Origin: Camelus dromedarius
Taxonomy: Eukaryota
DNA length: 64,000 nucleotides
Assembly: GCF_036321535.1 (NCBI RefSeq)
Contig: NC_087437.1
Span: 47,680,001 to 47,744,000 of the forward strand
Direction of reading: 5' to 3'
The notes below the pieces were generated by a model that was not told the origin of the DNA, ran no database searches, and saw nothing but the letters and a program-made list of their open reading frames with translations. Shown one piece after another: positions 12,814 to 28,669 of this stretch. The position numbers and the translations under genes are program-made. Within the stretch, counting starts at the first letter, position 1. The number at the start of each line of letters is the position of its first letter.

Positions 12814-14619
12814 TGTAAATAGTCCATAATCATTAACAGCAAAAGTTCATAGAAATCTTGTATATAAGTACACATTCATGCCTGCTATCTACAATAGTCT
12901 GGGTTTTTTGGTCCTGTATCTTAATCATCCTCTTTCCATTTTATTCTCTTTTAGTATCAACTGATCTACACAAAACTGTTACTGACTTAATTATACTTAA
13001 TAAGGTTGGTGCACTTATTAGCACATTCACAATATAAAAATGAAAATTTACAAATAAAATTTGGGAGTATTTAGGTTAGGGTTACAAGTGATCAAAAGTT
13101 AACAGACCTATCTCAACAGTAACTGACAGTTTACTAAGTTACAAAACACAATACACTTCTTTATTGGAAAAACCCCAAGACTTCACCATCAGGCAAGACT
13201 AACAATCTTCTATTGTCAATCATTTGGGTTATCTGTAGAGAAAATCCAAAGGGGAAAGTACCTTTGTTTAAGCTCAGGGGGGCACGCTCTAGTAATAGCC
13301 ACATTATTGTATCATTGACAAGCAGAGGAACTGCTTATTAGTATTTTCCTCTGGCTCCTTGAAGAACTGCTCTTAGAATTTTCTTTTTGCTTTAAAGCGG
13401 GGCTCACTTTAGATTTTCTTTGAAGCAAAACCACTTAGAAACCAATATTTTGTGCAAAGGAAAGAAATATTAAGATCAAAAAGCTTGAATGTTTCCTTTT
13501 TAAGTTTTTGAAGGCACAGATAGTTTCCATCAATTCAGATTTTGTATTATGTGAACATAAATTCATAAAAAGCAACCTTGTTACAATGATAACTCGTCAT
13601 GTCTAGTGATTGGTTAGCTTTTACACTTCTTTCAAAAATGTAATGCTGTTACATTGTATTTCCTGTCTAGATGAATACTGATGGAGAACATTGCGGGGAA
13701 ATTCTTCAGATGCAAGGACAATCCAAATGTTTATCAATCTTCTGAAACAGGGAGGGCACTCTATAACTCAGTTCTAGAATATGAAATCAATAGGAAAGCC
13801 CAACTATTTAGAATGCTATCTAAAGTGTCATTTGATCCTAACCAGCTTTTTAAAATGCCTACATTTATATGTGATTACTGCTATCTACCTATTAACATAA
13901 TACAAGTTTCTTATGTATGTCTAAAATTTCAGAGTGAGAGCTCTATTCCCTGGCCTGCCTTATGATTATGTCCCCTTCAAAGGAACCGAATATGAGCACT
14001 TACTTCAATTGATAAGATGGCAAACGATGTACTAGAAACTAATGATAATCAGAAGGACTCCCCTCCGCGGTACCTAGGCCTATCAGCATTCTTAACCAGT
14101 AGTGACCAGGATTTCTTTCAGATCAGAAAGAAAGAACGGAGTTCAAAGAGACTTTCTTCCAACATCAGTACACACACCTACGGTATCACTTCATCTATTC
14201 CTGTGCCTGGTTCCTCCATTACAAAACTCAAAAATGTGACACTTAATCTTATGTATACAAAGTTAAAAATATAGTTCTTTAAAAATGCAACACATACATA
14301 CAATCAAACATGACAGGCTGCTATAGTGTATACATTCTGTTCTACACAAATAGACTGAGTACGAGCAAAAATTCAAGGTTAAGTTAGCTCAACTTCTCTA
14401 ATACACTGGTCCTTCTGATCTTAGCAAGCACCTTTACCTTATTTTTTTCACCTTTTTTTTGTATTGTAGTTTACTTGAAAGCTTCTTTTTTTGTATATAA
14501 TAATCTCAATAGAAAAATCTTCACCTGCAAATATAAGGTAAATTCTTTTTTCACAGCTATAGGCTGTAGTACGGATTTCTCCAGATATCGGTGGAGAACA
14601 GAAAATCTGTTATGCACTG

Positions 14620-14769
<150 letters not shown>

Positions 14770-15899
14770 TTAGAATGAAGTAAGTGTATGCATCAAATAC
14801 CCTGGAGGGTACTAAGAAGCTAACAAGTTCCTCTGAGCTGAGAGTCTGAGCGCCAGGGGTAAGCTGGGCATGTACACGAAATGAAAGTCTTGGTACTACA
14901 TGAATATCTGTGACATGTGCTTCAAATTGTTTTTTTCATTTTTGAAAAATTATAATTATGCCTTTTTATATCTAGGAAAATATATGTAGACTTTTATTTT
15001 ACATCTCTGATTGACACTAAATTTTGTCAATAAGCTATTCTATTTTCAGCAAAAGCGAAATTTTAAATGAAGTTCAATAAACTTTCACCACCAGAACAAC
15101 AAAAACGTAAGAATGAAGCTGTCTTACACCACCACTTCCAAAAATATCAACATAATTTATTTACTTTACTCTTGTAGCCACCAAACACTGGAATGTTCTG
15201 GCCATAACTTTCTGAAACCATCAAACTCATCCAGTTTCAGTTTCTTTTGTATGTTAAACTCATGTGATATACTGATCACCACACAGGAGAAAATGAAATA
15301 TTCTCAAATATTTGTTAGGAAAATGAGAAATGCAAAGATTTAAAAGAAAAATTAGAATATTAAATTCTCAATAAGAATTTTTTCTTTAATATACTGTGTT
15401 GGAATTTGCATTATCTTTATAATGAAGCATAGCATTTCACCCAGTCGCAGGAACAGAAGTTCATCTTGCCTAACTTAATTTTCTCTGTAGTATGGCAATG
15501 TTTGGCAATAGGCAAATTTTTTACCATTATGGGTTAAAATAACAAAAAATGAACATTGTGGCTCAATACTCCAAGTCACATTGGAAAGGATAATGAATTA
15601 GCAATTCACGAGTCACTGTTCAGCTTTAAGGTGAAAGTATCCAGGGGAGCCAACGTGATACCAACCAGCCGTAACAAAGCAAAACTAAAACTCAAGCATA
15701 TGCTAAAAAATACGGAAAACAAACACTTTTTTATTTTGTTATAGATACTAATTGATTCAATCCAGGCAAAACACCTAATACCTCAAAAAAGTCATTGGAT
15801 TTGGATAACTGAGTATGTCTAAAAATCCACTTGCAAAATGCTCAACTGTGAACTTTTCGGCAGTCTCTTCAGAGAGGTTGTAGAAAATTATTCCTGGTA

Positions 15900-17140
15900 A
15901 TAATACTGCTCTGGTCCCTCAGAAAATTCAACAACTGTACAGGAGTTTAAAAGGGAAAGGATATAAACGCACTGGACACCGAGGATTTGAGAGCAAGCAA
16001 CACAGCAAAGTTCTGTGAGCTGTGTGGCAGTGACTGTTAGTGGACCCCAAAATGCTGAATTCAAAGCAAATGGTCTGGCAAGCCAGGAAACAAAACTATA
16101 CTGCAGAACCTCCAGAAGGATCAGATGCTAGTGGAACCAGAAAGGGGCAAAGACAGGACCAACTAAGACTGCATTAGAAAGTGTCCAGGAACCAGCTAGA
16201 CTCCCAGGTCTTCACTCTGCAGTCAGATGATTGATGGTTCTGCCCTAGAGCATGAGACCAGAGACTTAACTTGCTGGAGAGAGTCACAGAGGGTCTCTTA
16301 ACTGGAAGAAAACAGGCAGAGTTCAAGTTGGTCAAACTGCTGAAAATGGGGAATAAGGAAGGTTTACTTGCTACTGTTTTTGCACCCAGCTTTCCTCCTG
16401 AAGTCAGCCCCCAAACTGTCCAGTCAGCTTATATACTCCAGGAAGAAAAGGAGAAGCTCCACCTCAGAGAACACAGCTGGCCCAAGGGGAAAGGCCGTAA
16501 GATCGGACAGAGGTTCCCCAAAGAAAGCCTGGGAGGATCGCCCTGCAGTGAGGCCACAGCCAGGACACCCAACCACGTGCAGAGGGCTTTCCCAGTTTCA
16601 GCGCCTCCCTCTTTAGCATGAGTAAGAAGCTAAGAATCACCAGAGTTTTAAGGAAATATGCTTGACAGGAGACTGAAAAAATAAGGGGGAAGGAAGGCAA
16701 CCTGCAAAACACAAAAGACTATGCTCAAAAGAAGAAAACTTCAAAAAAAGGCTTTCATTAACAACCTCAAAGAAACAAAAAACTTTACTCATTAAAAAAA
16801 AGAATGGGTGCCTTAAGAGAAAAACCTCTCAAAAAGATGGTAGCAAAAATGAAAAAACAAAAGTTTAACACAAGAGTCATGGAAAGAAAAGGCAAGGATT
16901 TCTCAGAACATGGAGCAAAAACGACAGACGGAAAACAGAAAATATAATAAAGTCTAAGAAACTCCAACATCAGAATAATGGGAGTTCTACAAAGAGAATG
17001 ATAATGGGAAAAAATGCAACCAATTAAATACACCCCTCAAAATTCCCAGTACTACAAGGTATAAATAAGTTTCCAGATTGAAAAGCTCCACTGAATACCC
17101 AGAACGGTAAAAATGGGTCCATTCCCAGATAACAAAACTG
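15900..17140 (+). mobile_element. Ancient LINE-1 5'/ORF1 relic (boundaries approximate)
   Basis: A-rich, with ORF1-like text (aactccaacatcagaataatgggagttcta, ttccagattgaaaagctccactgaatacccag). Confidence 0.55.
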
Positions 17141-17240
17141 GCAGAAAGTCTGAAGATTAATTAGTGAGAAGTACATTAAGACTAAGGGTGTAAGCCAAAT
17201 AATTAATTTAACCCTAGAGAATATAAAAAAGCTGCATAGC

Positions 17241-17478
17241 CAAGGGGGCGGGGGGTGGGAAGGGATAGAATGGGGTTTCAAAATGTAGAACAGATAAACA
17301 AGATTATACTGTACAGCACAGGGAAATATATGCAAGATCTTATGGTAGCTCACAGAGAAAAAAACGTGACAATGAATATATATATGTTCATGTATAACTG
17401 AAAAATTGTGCTCTACACTGGAATTTGACACAACATTGTAAAGTGATTATAAATCAATTAAAAATGTTTAAAAAAAAA
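17241..17478 (+). mobile_element. Young 5'-truncated LINE-1 3' end with perfect 16-bp target-site duplication
   Basis: L1 3'UTR plus A tail, flanked by AAAAAAGCTGCATAGC at 17225-17240 and 17473-17488. Confidence 0.9.
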
Positions 17479-18336
17479 GCTGCATAGCAAAGGAGTCACA
17501 GCATATACCTCACTGCTCAGCAGTAAGAACTGTTTAAAAAGTCGTAATTACACCAACACTGATGTTCTAAACAAAATTCACTACACAGGAAAAACTGGAA
17601 GATGGGCACTGAGGTGGGAGGAGGGATGTCAAGGCCAAACCCTCAACAGATAATGCGTAAAGTGTTTTTTAAAAAAAAACCAATACAGGCATGTTACTCA
17701 AAGGTATGGAGGTAAATACTTAAAAGCTCTCTTTGGGAGCAGAAAATATGAGCTGGGGTCAGAGGACTGCTGTGTTCTGGTAACAAGTCATGCAAAACTA
17801 TTTGATTCCTTGAGTATAATTTTTATTCCAAAAAAATTTTTACATCACCCTGTGTAATGTGTTATTAATGACAGTCCCCAGGATGACTTGATGCTAATAT
17901 TCTGGAAGCTGCAGAGGAGGACTCGGAGTATGGGACTCAGGGGAGACAATGGTTCTGTGTCCCATCCCAGATGAGATTGGAGGCAAAAAGTCATGGTCCA
18001 TAACAGTTACAGCATTTCCTGTCAGGTTACAGGGAAACTGTAATTTGGAAAAGACCACCCTAAATGATACTCACTATTCATCTTTATGTCAAAACTTACC
18101 AAACAAGAAAATATTATAAACTCAGATAAAACTCTTCAGAAAACAGAAACGTAAATGTAAGTATGGTTCATGGACGGGAACTGCACTCAAAGTTGAGGCA
18201 ATATTGACCATGAATGAGAAGAGCCAGGCTACCGTTCCCCATGGCCCCAGGGTGTCCAGGAGGCCCTGAAAACAAGTGACAGGAGCCCTTTCACATTTCC
18301 TGACAAAATCAAAACCTAACATGGACTTATTTACTA

Positions 18337-18555
<219 letters not shown>

Positions 18556-18602
18556 CTAGAAGGAAAAGCAACATTTATTCCATCGATGTATATAGAAATT
18601 AT

Positions 18603-18815
18603 GTGAGGCAGTGTAACAACAGACTCTAGGCTAAGACAGACCTAGGTTCAGATTCCAACTTGGCTTCTTACCAGGTGAATGATGTAAAGCACTAAAGATT
18701 CTTGAACACTTAGGCCTTAGTTTCAGATTCTGAGTGCTGGTTAGGACTGAATGAAATAATACATACAAAATCCCAAACCCTTGTTCAGCACAGAGCAAGT
18801 ATTCATTAAGTGTTG
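18603..18815 (+). mobile_element. MIR SINE
   Basis: agacagacctaggttcagattcc core; tail cagcacagagcaagtattcattaagtgtt. Confidence 0.7.
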
Positions 18816-19233
18816 GCCCTGGCACTCCATGTGTCTTACTAGAACATTTAAACACTGCTATTCACAGAATTTATTTACATATGTGTACTCTTAGAAGAAA
18901 TGTTCCAAAAATCTCATTATGAGAAATAGGAAACCTTTCATGAAAGAGAACAAAAGTCATTCCAGTTAGGCTAGCTTATAAAGTAGTAAAGAAAACTGTG
19001 AGTTATTAGTTTGTGAATCCCCTTTCTCAGACACTTTACAAAAGAGGAAATCACTTTTTTCATCTATCTATTGGTCATCTGTATTACTCTGTCAGTAATA
19101 AAATAAATAAAATAAAATATTCTTTGCAGGAATAAAATGAAGAATACAAATGTTTCCTTTGTTGCAAATATTTATAGTTTATCATTTGCTTTCTAATATT
19201 GCTTACTTTTTAAAAAACAGAAAGCAATTTTTT

Positions 19234-20767
19234 AGAGGTATCACACTCCCTGATTTCAAACAGTACTACAAAGCTGCATACAAAACAGTATGTTACTGGC
19301 ACAAAAACAGACACACAGATCAATGGAACAGTGGAGATGGCCCAGAAATAAACCCACGAATATACAGTCAAGCTACAACAAAGGAGGCAAGAAGATACAA
19401 TGAGGAAACGACAACCTCTTCAAAAAATAGTGTTGGGAAAACTAGTCAAATACATGCAAAAGCATCAAACTGGACTAGTTTCTCATACCACATAAAAATA
19501 AACTCAAAACTGATTAAAGACTTAAAAGTAATAATACCTGAAACCATAAAACTCCTAGAAGCAAACATAACCAGTATACTCTTTGACAATGACCTTAGCA
19601 ATAATTTTTTGGATCTGTCTCCTCAGGCAAGGGGAAAAAAAGCAAAAATAAACAAATGGGACTACCTCAAACTACAAGACAGCTTTTACACAGCAAAGCA
19701 GACTGTCAACTGTCAAGAGGAAAAGGCAGCCTACTGAATGGGAGAAGGTGTTTGCAAACAGTATATCCGAAATAAGGTTAATATCCAAAACATACTAATA
19801 ACTTATGCAACTCGGTATCAAAACCAAAACAAAACAATTGATTAAAATATGGGCAGAGGACCAAACAGACATTTTCCCAAAGAAGATATACAGATGGCAA
19901 GCAGACACATGAAAAGGCGCCCAACATCACTAAATCATCAGAGAAATGCAAATCAAAACCACAATGAGGTAGCACCTCACATCTGTATTATCAAAAAGAC
20001 AAGAAATAACAAGTGTTGGTGAGGATGTGGAGAAAAGGTAACCCTCCTACACTGTTGGTGGGAATGTAAATTGGTGCAGCCACTACGGAAAATAGTATGG
20101 AGGTTCCTCAAAAAATTAAGAGAACTACCATATGATCCAGCAATTCCACTTCTGGGTATTTACCCCCAAAATCAAAAACACTAATTGGAAAAGATACATG
20201 CAGCCCATATTTACTGCAGCACTATTTACAATAGCCAAGATATGGAAGCAACCTCAGTGTCCACTGATAGAAGAATGGATAAAGATGTGATATGTGTGTG
20301 TGTATATATATATGTGTGTGTGTGTGTGTATAAATACACATATCTTGCCATTTGCAACAACATGGATGGATCTAGAGGGTATTGTGCTAAGTGAAATAAG
20401 TCAGACAGAGAAAGACAAAAACGTGATCTCACTTATATGTGGAATCAAAAAAACAAACAAAATGAACAAAAAGACACTCATGGATGGATACAGAGAACAA
20501 ACGGGCTGCAAGAAGGAGGGGGTGGAGGTGGGCAAAATAGGTGCAGGGAATTAAGAAACACAAACCTCTAGTTGTATAATCAATCAGCTGTGGGGATGTA
20601 ATACACAGCAGAAGGAATATGGTCAATACTGTAATAACTCTGCATGGAAACAGGGTTACTAGACTTATTGTGGTGATCATTTCATAACTTATGCAAATGT
20701 TAAATCATTATGTAGTACACCTGAAACTAACACAATATTGTACATTGACTATTTCAATTAAAAAAAT
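19234..20767 (+). mobile_element. LINE-1 3' part (ORF2 C-terminus plus 3'UTR), inserted in an older antisense L1 relic
   Basis: ORF 19150-19737 contains GITLPDFKQYYKA...YWHKNRHTDQWN (L1 ORF2p); frameshifted; ends in ttcaattaaaaaaa. Confidence 0.92.
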
Positions 20768-21617
20768 TTTAAATCTATAAACAACTTTCAATTTTTATGT
20801 AGTCAAATTTGTTTATCCCTCTCTTTTAGATTTCTTTCCTTGTTTTTATGAATAAAGTCCTTCCCCTTGAGTCTATTAATGGATGTTCAATTATATTTTC
20901 TTCTGGTTTCTTTTTTCATAATTTCATTTTTCACATCTTAATTTTTATCTATCTGGAATGTATTTGATACATAGCATTCAGTATGAGGATCTAACTTAAT
21001 TTTCTTAATAATTAAGCAGCTGTCCCCCAGCTATTAATAAATAATTATTTTTCTACTGATTTTGTTGCTACATCTATAATTCCCTAAACTCATTTACACA
21101 AAAACTCTTAGTTTTGAGTTTTTGGTCAACATGTGCTTGATAAATAAAAAACATTTTTTCCCCAAAAATATCTTCTTGCAAAATTAAGAGTATATCTTAT
21201 ATACAGAACCGTTAGCAATTACATTGCTTTTGGAAAGTCTCATCATATCTATACATTTTGGCACCTGATCCAGATAGGACAATTTACCTAAGTCAAGCAG
21301 TACCCCACCTCTTTTTAGGACCCCTCCCCTCAATACTGACTGATAAATCATTCTGATTGTCATTCATAATGCCCTTTTAGCTTTAAACTATAAACACATG
21401 TGACTAGTTCATCCTCAAATACTTGTCATCTGGCTTAATTAATCCATCTGTGGTTACCTGTTTGTTTTTGTTTTTTTTAAAATGTGAAGGGGCTTATCCT
21501 TTTACTGGTAATGGTAAATCCGTACCATTTACTGAGCATCCAATATAGTTTTGTTTAGTCTCCATACCATTTTCTGATGTAGGTAGTAGCATTATCCCTA
21601 TTTTAAAAACTGAGAGA

Positions 21618-21760
21618 GGGGAAGGATACAGCTCAGTGGTAGAGCTCATGCTTGGCATATGCAAGGTCCTGGGTTCAATCCCCAGTACCTCTATTAAAAA
21701 TAAATAAATGAATAATAAACAAACCAACCAACCTGATCCCCCCGCAAAAGAAAAAATCTA
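21618..21760 (+). mobile_element. tRNA-derived SINE (camelid Vic-1 type) inserted in a MIR
   Basis: A box cagctcagtggtaga, B box ggttcaatccc, AT-rich tail; flanking AAAACTGAG repeat. Confidence 0.88.
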
Positions 21761-22007
21761 AAACTGAGGAATGTGTGGTTCACAGAGGCTAAGTAGCCCA
21801 CCTTATCTCACAAGGCTAGTTCCCAGCAGAACTAAGGGGTTTGGCTGACTTTAAAAGCTATACTCTCTACACTAGCAGCTGCCTGTCTTTTAGACTGTTC
21901 TTCCCTTGGGTAGTTCCCTTTGACCGCAGAGATATGGGACTTTATTCTCCTCTGAATACACCGCTGATGTTCATGATCTGCTTGTTTGCTCAAGATGGTC
22001 TATCTCT

Positions 22008-22120
22008 GGGGAGGGTATAGCTCAAGTGGTAGAGAGCATGCTTAGCATGCATGAGGTCCTGGGTTCAATCCCCAGTACCTCCTCCAAAAATAAATAAACC
22101 TAATCCACCCCCCCAAAAAA
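22008..22120 (+). mobile_element. tRNA-derived SINE (Vic-1 type)
   Basis: ggggagggtatagctcaagtggtagag...ggttcaatccccagtacctcc; TSD AAGATG(G/A)TCTATCTCT at 21992-22007 and 22120-22135. Confidence 0.92.
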
Positions 22121-22347
22121 AGATGATCTATCTCTCTATGGGGTTGAAATAAAATTTATTCCTGTCACCTACAAATAAATACCTAAGTCTATGGATTAAA
22201 ACCTTTCCATTAAAAAAAAAACCTCTATTTGAGGATTCAATGTTGTAAGAGCACATTATTTATAAGAATTCTTGAAGATAAATTGTTAAAATCATACTAC
22301 AGAGTTCAACACTTTAAATGCACAATAAAATTTCCTTAGAAATGCTA

Positions 22348-22584
<237 letters not shown>

Positions 22585-22660
22585 TTAATGACTGTTAATG
22601 ACTATTAGTTTCTAATACCACCCTCAACCCCCAAATCAGTATTCTTCTGGAATAAACTTA

Positions 22661-22927
<267 letters not shown>

Positions 22928-23687
22928 TCAATGACATCATGGTGGACCCTCTGACAGTTACAAGCTTGAAACTTGAGAAAGTCACAGTCCCTTCCACCTA
23001 CTACAATTATCTAAGAGAGAGAGAGATACTTCTTAATACAAATATCTATAATCTATAGCAGACTTGGTTAAGTACTCTGGAAAACTACTTTAAAAGCCTC
23101 AGTGAAGGCTTCATGAAAAAGGTGGCATTCAAATGCTCAGAATTCAGCAGTTTCAAAATATGCAAATGGCAGGAAAACACCATTATAGAGATCCTTGTAA
23201 AAAGCATAGCCAAATAATATTTCCAAGAATCCAGAGAGGCTGAAGCCTGATGAGTGTCAATAAATTCCTAACGAACACTGCTAACCAAATACTACTGAAC
23301 TATAGTGTACACACCAGCAAATAAAGCAATGCACAATCACACAGTGGAAAATACTTCATAAGTGTATCTTAATACATGTTTTCAACTACATAGTTAAGTG
23401 CTCGTGCCAAAATCTTGTAATTGTTATATGGTTATATGCAGAGAATACAAAAAATTATGTTTGCTTTCTTATATTTTTCATTATTGTTTGAATTTTTTGC
23501 AATATATTTACAATTTTTACAAAAAATAGTGCCATTTTTGAAAGAGTTATGACCATCATTGGTATAATTATAAAAAGTCAGTATTTCCCTGATTGATGGT
23601 ACTTTCTACTCTCAGCTGATTCACATTCATCCTTTGCCCAACTGAGCCCACTCGGTCACGCCTTCTCCGCCATCGGCTCATTCTTCA

Positions 23688-23924
<237 letters not shown>

Positions 23925-25320
23925 CTATTACTAAGTGAACATTACAAAAACAGTCATTAGTTTTTCAAACCTATTTACCGTGAAGCAAAGACTACTAAAA
24001 ATTAAATGTACCTTAAAAAATAAGCCAAGTAACATAAAGAATGCAATGGCTTGAGAGAAAAATAAAAAATAAAATACGAATGCATACTAAAATGCCTCTT
24101 ATTTTTCCTGTATTATTATCAAATCATTCAGATTTAAGTGCTTTTTTCAGAAAGTATTCTTTTAAGAAGAACAAGAACATAGGATGTTTCAATGCTAATG
24201 TAGCCATTTGAAGAATTAAGTATAAAATGTTAAAGATAAAGAATTTAATAAAATTCTTTGTTTCTGCAGTAGTGCTCAAAAGAGGAAGAATTTCCTCCAA
24301 CATTAACACTGAACAATACAAGTGAGGAAGTTGACCAGAGTGGTTCTCCCACAGAGATGGCACTACATCCTTCCAATAACACAATGGTAATATTTTGCAC
24401 TGATCTACTCACACCACTGTCTGGTGCCTTATTACCCAAAACCAATCATTTGCAGGTCAGGTTGCAAAATTTAAGGTGTATGGGAACAGTAAGGCTAAAT
24501 GGTCCACACAAAGAATCAACACATTGTGTGATTACTACTGTGCTCTCATTAACCTCTAAAAGAAATTTTTTTAATGCAATTTTTTTGTTTTAGGAAAATA
24601 CAGTTGATAGACACATGCTCAATGCCGACTAATATCAAAAAACTGTTATATTACAAATCTGTCTTAGCTAGCTTTAAATTCTCAACTAGGCTGAAGTTAC
24701 TGTTTATTTCACAAAATAAATTCTTCTAAATCTTTAATAAATCTTAACAAAAAACAGTGGTATAAGTGTATACAGAATCTAAAAGTATTTGACTCGTGAG
24801 AGTCTTCCTGGAGCTTTTCCACTACCTCTCAGCATGTCTACATCAGGGGTTCTTTCTAGTGGACATACCAGGAGGACCCACTGGCTTTTACCACCAAGGG
24901 ATCTAAACAAGATGTAATTTGCCTCCAATCTACTGTCTCTTCTGAGCAGTCCAGAATCACAAATCAGTGCCTAGAGTGGACCAAAGAAAACATGCTAACT
25001 TACCCACAACCAAAAATAAAAACCGCAGGGTTGCTGTCACATTAGGAAATGTGAATTTTTTAAAAAGTCATTTGTATGTAAAACTGATGCACACTGTCTT
25101 CTAATATGAAATATGAGACTCAAATAAGACACACTGAACTATATTCCTATAGCTGTCCTTGGGAATAAAAAGAAGAGCTAAATATTAAAAGCAAACACTA
25201 AGCCTCAAGAGAGGATCTAGGTTAAAATTAATGGAATAAATTTATCCCAAAAGGAGATTAAAGTTCGAAGTAACAGAATAAAGGGAAGAACTGGTGGACA
25301 TGAAACCAAATAAAAGGTTA

Positions 25321-25443
<123 letters not shown>

Positions 25444-27599
25444 TCAGAGGAAAAAAGTAGTTTAAATTAGTTATGCATTGCATTCATGTAGAACAGTTCA
25501 GAAAAGACAAAAATAACTTCTCTAATTAAAAACCTGATACCAGGGAATATTCTCCCAACTTTAAAAAAATGTATTCTGCATGCCAAAAAAATTTCAACAT
25601 AACATAGAACTTAGCAAAATTTAGACATTTTACTAAAAATGTCTCTGGTTATGATTCAACTTTTTCATGGTGAAAACATTCTAGTTCTTATTCAAGATTC
25701 TGGAAGATGTTAGCTGACTGGTTTATTATTTATTGATTTAAATATAATGACAATAGAGTATGTACATATAGGTCTAACCACCATATTTCATTCAGTTTAC
25801 AAATATCAACTGGGAGCCTGTGAACGTAAGCAGTGTTAGGGATACAACACCAGCTATTCCTCCTGCCCTCGTGGCCGCCACCTCTGGTGGAGACAAGACA
25901 CTTACACGTATCTATAGTAAACCAGGCAAGTGAAAACTGGCAGAAGAGTGGTATAAAACAAAAGGCCACAGGAAAATAAACAAAGGACAAATAATCGCTA
26001 ATTGAGTTAATCAAGTAGTCTCACAAAGGAAAATGCATCTTGAAAAATGGAATTTTGAAAGCTAAAGATAGAAAAAAAAAAAAGTCTGTATTCTACAAGG
26101 AGGTTAAGTATGTTCCATGGCAAGAATGCAAAAAAATGGGGGGTGTTTCAGGAATTGTGAATTTCCCAGTTATATAGCGTTTGTAAGAAATAAGATAAAT
26201 GGTTTAGAAAAGTAGACTGGGCTTAAATGGTGAAAGCTTTGTTCGCCAGGCTAAATATGAACTCTTGACTAAGTAATCATTAGTCACTAAATTTTTTGTT
26301 CTGTTTCAGAATTTTATTTTTCACTATGGCATAAAATTCAAAAGATGCAAAAGGAGATACAGTGAAAAGAATCACATTCCTGTCCCTGTCGCCCAGCCAC
26401 CCAGGTCCCTTCACTACAGGTAAAGAACATGGTTATGTAGTGATCACTGTAAGTTTTATAAAAGCGAAGATCTAACTGTAAGCTGTTGGATTGAACCTAA
26501 AGTAAATTCTTTAAAAATCAACAGGCATCATCAGCACTGAGTTGAGAAGAACGATAAATAATAAGTGGATAATCAGAATGGGTAGGAAGCCAAGGTAAGA
26601 CAGGTTCTTTGTTGGTACTTCTGTCTTTCTATGAAGATTAATGGTCTTGAGAAAATTTTAAGGAAAGTAAGCAACATTATCATTGTTTCAAGTGATTGTG
26701 TTTTGAGTTAAACATTTGCTGTATCAATGGGCAGATTATTTTTTATCTTAAACTTCTTCAAGAAAAGGAATAAAACACTTGGCCTAGCTTTATGTCAGTT
26801 GTCAATTATGTAATTTTACTTATTCCCTCCCAAGAGGCACCAGTTCTATATGACTGTGCTCAAATATCCATCTACTTCGAGATGTGTCAAGTTTTAGCAA
26901 CACGCAGTGACATTTTTAGGTTCTCCTGGAAGAAGAGGAAAAATGTGCCACTTCTATTAAATAATGTCTTAGCCTTTTTCTCAGTCAGATGAACCAAATT
27001 AAAGGAACAAGTCAACCACTCTGGCAGCAAGTGCCCTGCCATTGCCAGAAACTCTGGAAAAAGCATAGACCACACTGTAACCCCATGAACAAAGTAAATC
27101 GTCATGACTAAATATTCAATTGCAAGCCAGATGGCAGCTGAGTGTGTGTGCACACGTGTGCACCCACATGCTTGAAACACACACACTTGTTTGTTGGGGT
27201 TAGGGGAATAAAAGATGTATTCAATGAAAATAAATGTCGTTACTTTATGTAATTCCATCCTTTGTGAATTTAGGTAATAAATAATTATAGCAATATCTGG
27301 TAAATTGTACATATCAATACTGAACAAATATTTCCTTATTAACTGAAATTTCAAGGGTGATATACCATAAAACTGCCTTGGCATGTTAAAAAACAAAGTA
27401 TAATAATACCCCACTGCAAAGAAAAGAAAGCCTAAACATTTTTCCTGGTTCATTTTATAAAGGATATTTTTGAGAGGTAAATTTATTTTCTATATTAAAA
27501 GTTTTTAAACTTTTAAAGTGTCAATGAATATTTTAGTAAAAGCGCTGTTCATATTAGATTTATGTTCTGCAAACACTTCATAGATATAAGTTGTTTCTA

Positions 27600-27800
<201 letters not shown>

Positions 27801-28507
27801 TTATTCTTTACCTTAGACATAGCTCAGAAAATAAAGCAGAAACAGTAACAGGCAAAAAAAGCAGACATAAAACAAATTCATAGTGATTTAAGGTAATTTA
27901 ATATAAGTAATTCCATAGAGTCATTATAGGATCATATATTGTTCAAGAAAAAGTATGATTTATTTGCACATCTTCCAGTGGGAATATCTTCTGTAGACTA
28001 TTAACTAAAAAGAATAGACATACTTCCCAACTTCAGTAAAAAAAAGCCAGCCACAAATAAAAATCTATTTAGTAGATGCTCGAACAATAAAACATTTCTG
28101 ATTTTAATTAAAGAAAGGCAATTTTATATTTGAACAGCATGTAAAATATTTCCTTAATAAAAGTGATCAATATTAATTAAACTAATGAAATCTTTCCAAT
28201 AGTTTATATAAGAAAAAAAAGGATTAACCAGGTAGTATCAAAAAGAATCAGAAGCTACCTAAAAAGAAACATGAAGTATATGAATCTGTGTATTTTTATA
28301 GTATTTATTTTTTCACAGACTTCTGTTTTAACACATATGCTTTAAAAAGCACTTGTACAGCATCTGAAAAATTAGTGTTTAATTTAAATAGAGATTTCAT
28401 TTTTCTTTCAATTAAATACTAATAAAAAGAATCTGAATGTCATTTGCATCAGTGTCAAGCTGTTTCGTGTGAATTACTAAAATGAACTAAAGAAAACAAA
28501 ACTTTAC

Positions 28508-28546
28508 CTGAACGAGTGTTGCATCATTACATGCCTTCCTAGCATC
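28508..28546 (-). CDS. GNB4: G-protein beta-4 exon 3
   Basis: cag|GAT...CAG|gtaaag; DARKACNDATLVQ; 39 nt. Confidence 0.95.
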
Positions 28547-28669
28547 CTGAAGTAAAGAAAGATGGTGACACATTTAGACTTGGAAATCTACAGATATGAT
28601 TTAAAATAATATTTTCATTGAAAATGCAGATTTGAAATATACTTTTTACTGTCCCATATCATTTTTATT

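Larger units (their letters stand above)
10290..14619 (-). other. GNB4: GNB4 3'UTR (long, AT-rich, few transposons)
   Basis: Lies between the stop codon (14620-14622) and the candidate poly(A) signal. Confidence 0.65.

Noticed and set aside
19150..19737. 195-aa ORF
   Set aside because: Decayed L1 ORF2 fragment fused to flanking sequence; not a host gene
22008..22083. tRNA-like sequence with A and B boxes (also 21618, 30528, 35849, 39751)
   Set aside because: Followed by AT-rich tails and flanked by TSDs, so these are SINE heads, not tRNA genes
26887..27453. 188-aa ORF on the - strand in GNB4 intron 4
   Set aside because: Low-complexity hydrophobic translation of AT-rich intron; no homology recognised and no supporting splice signals
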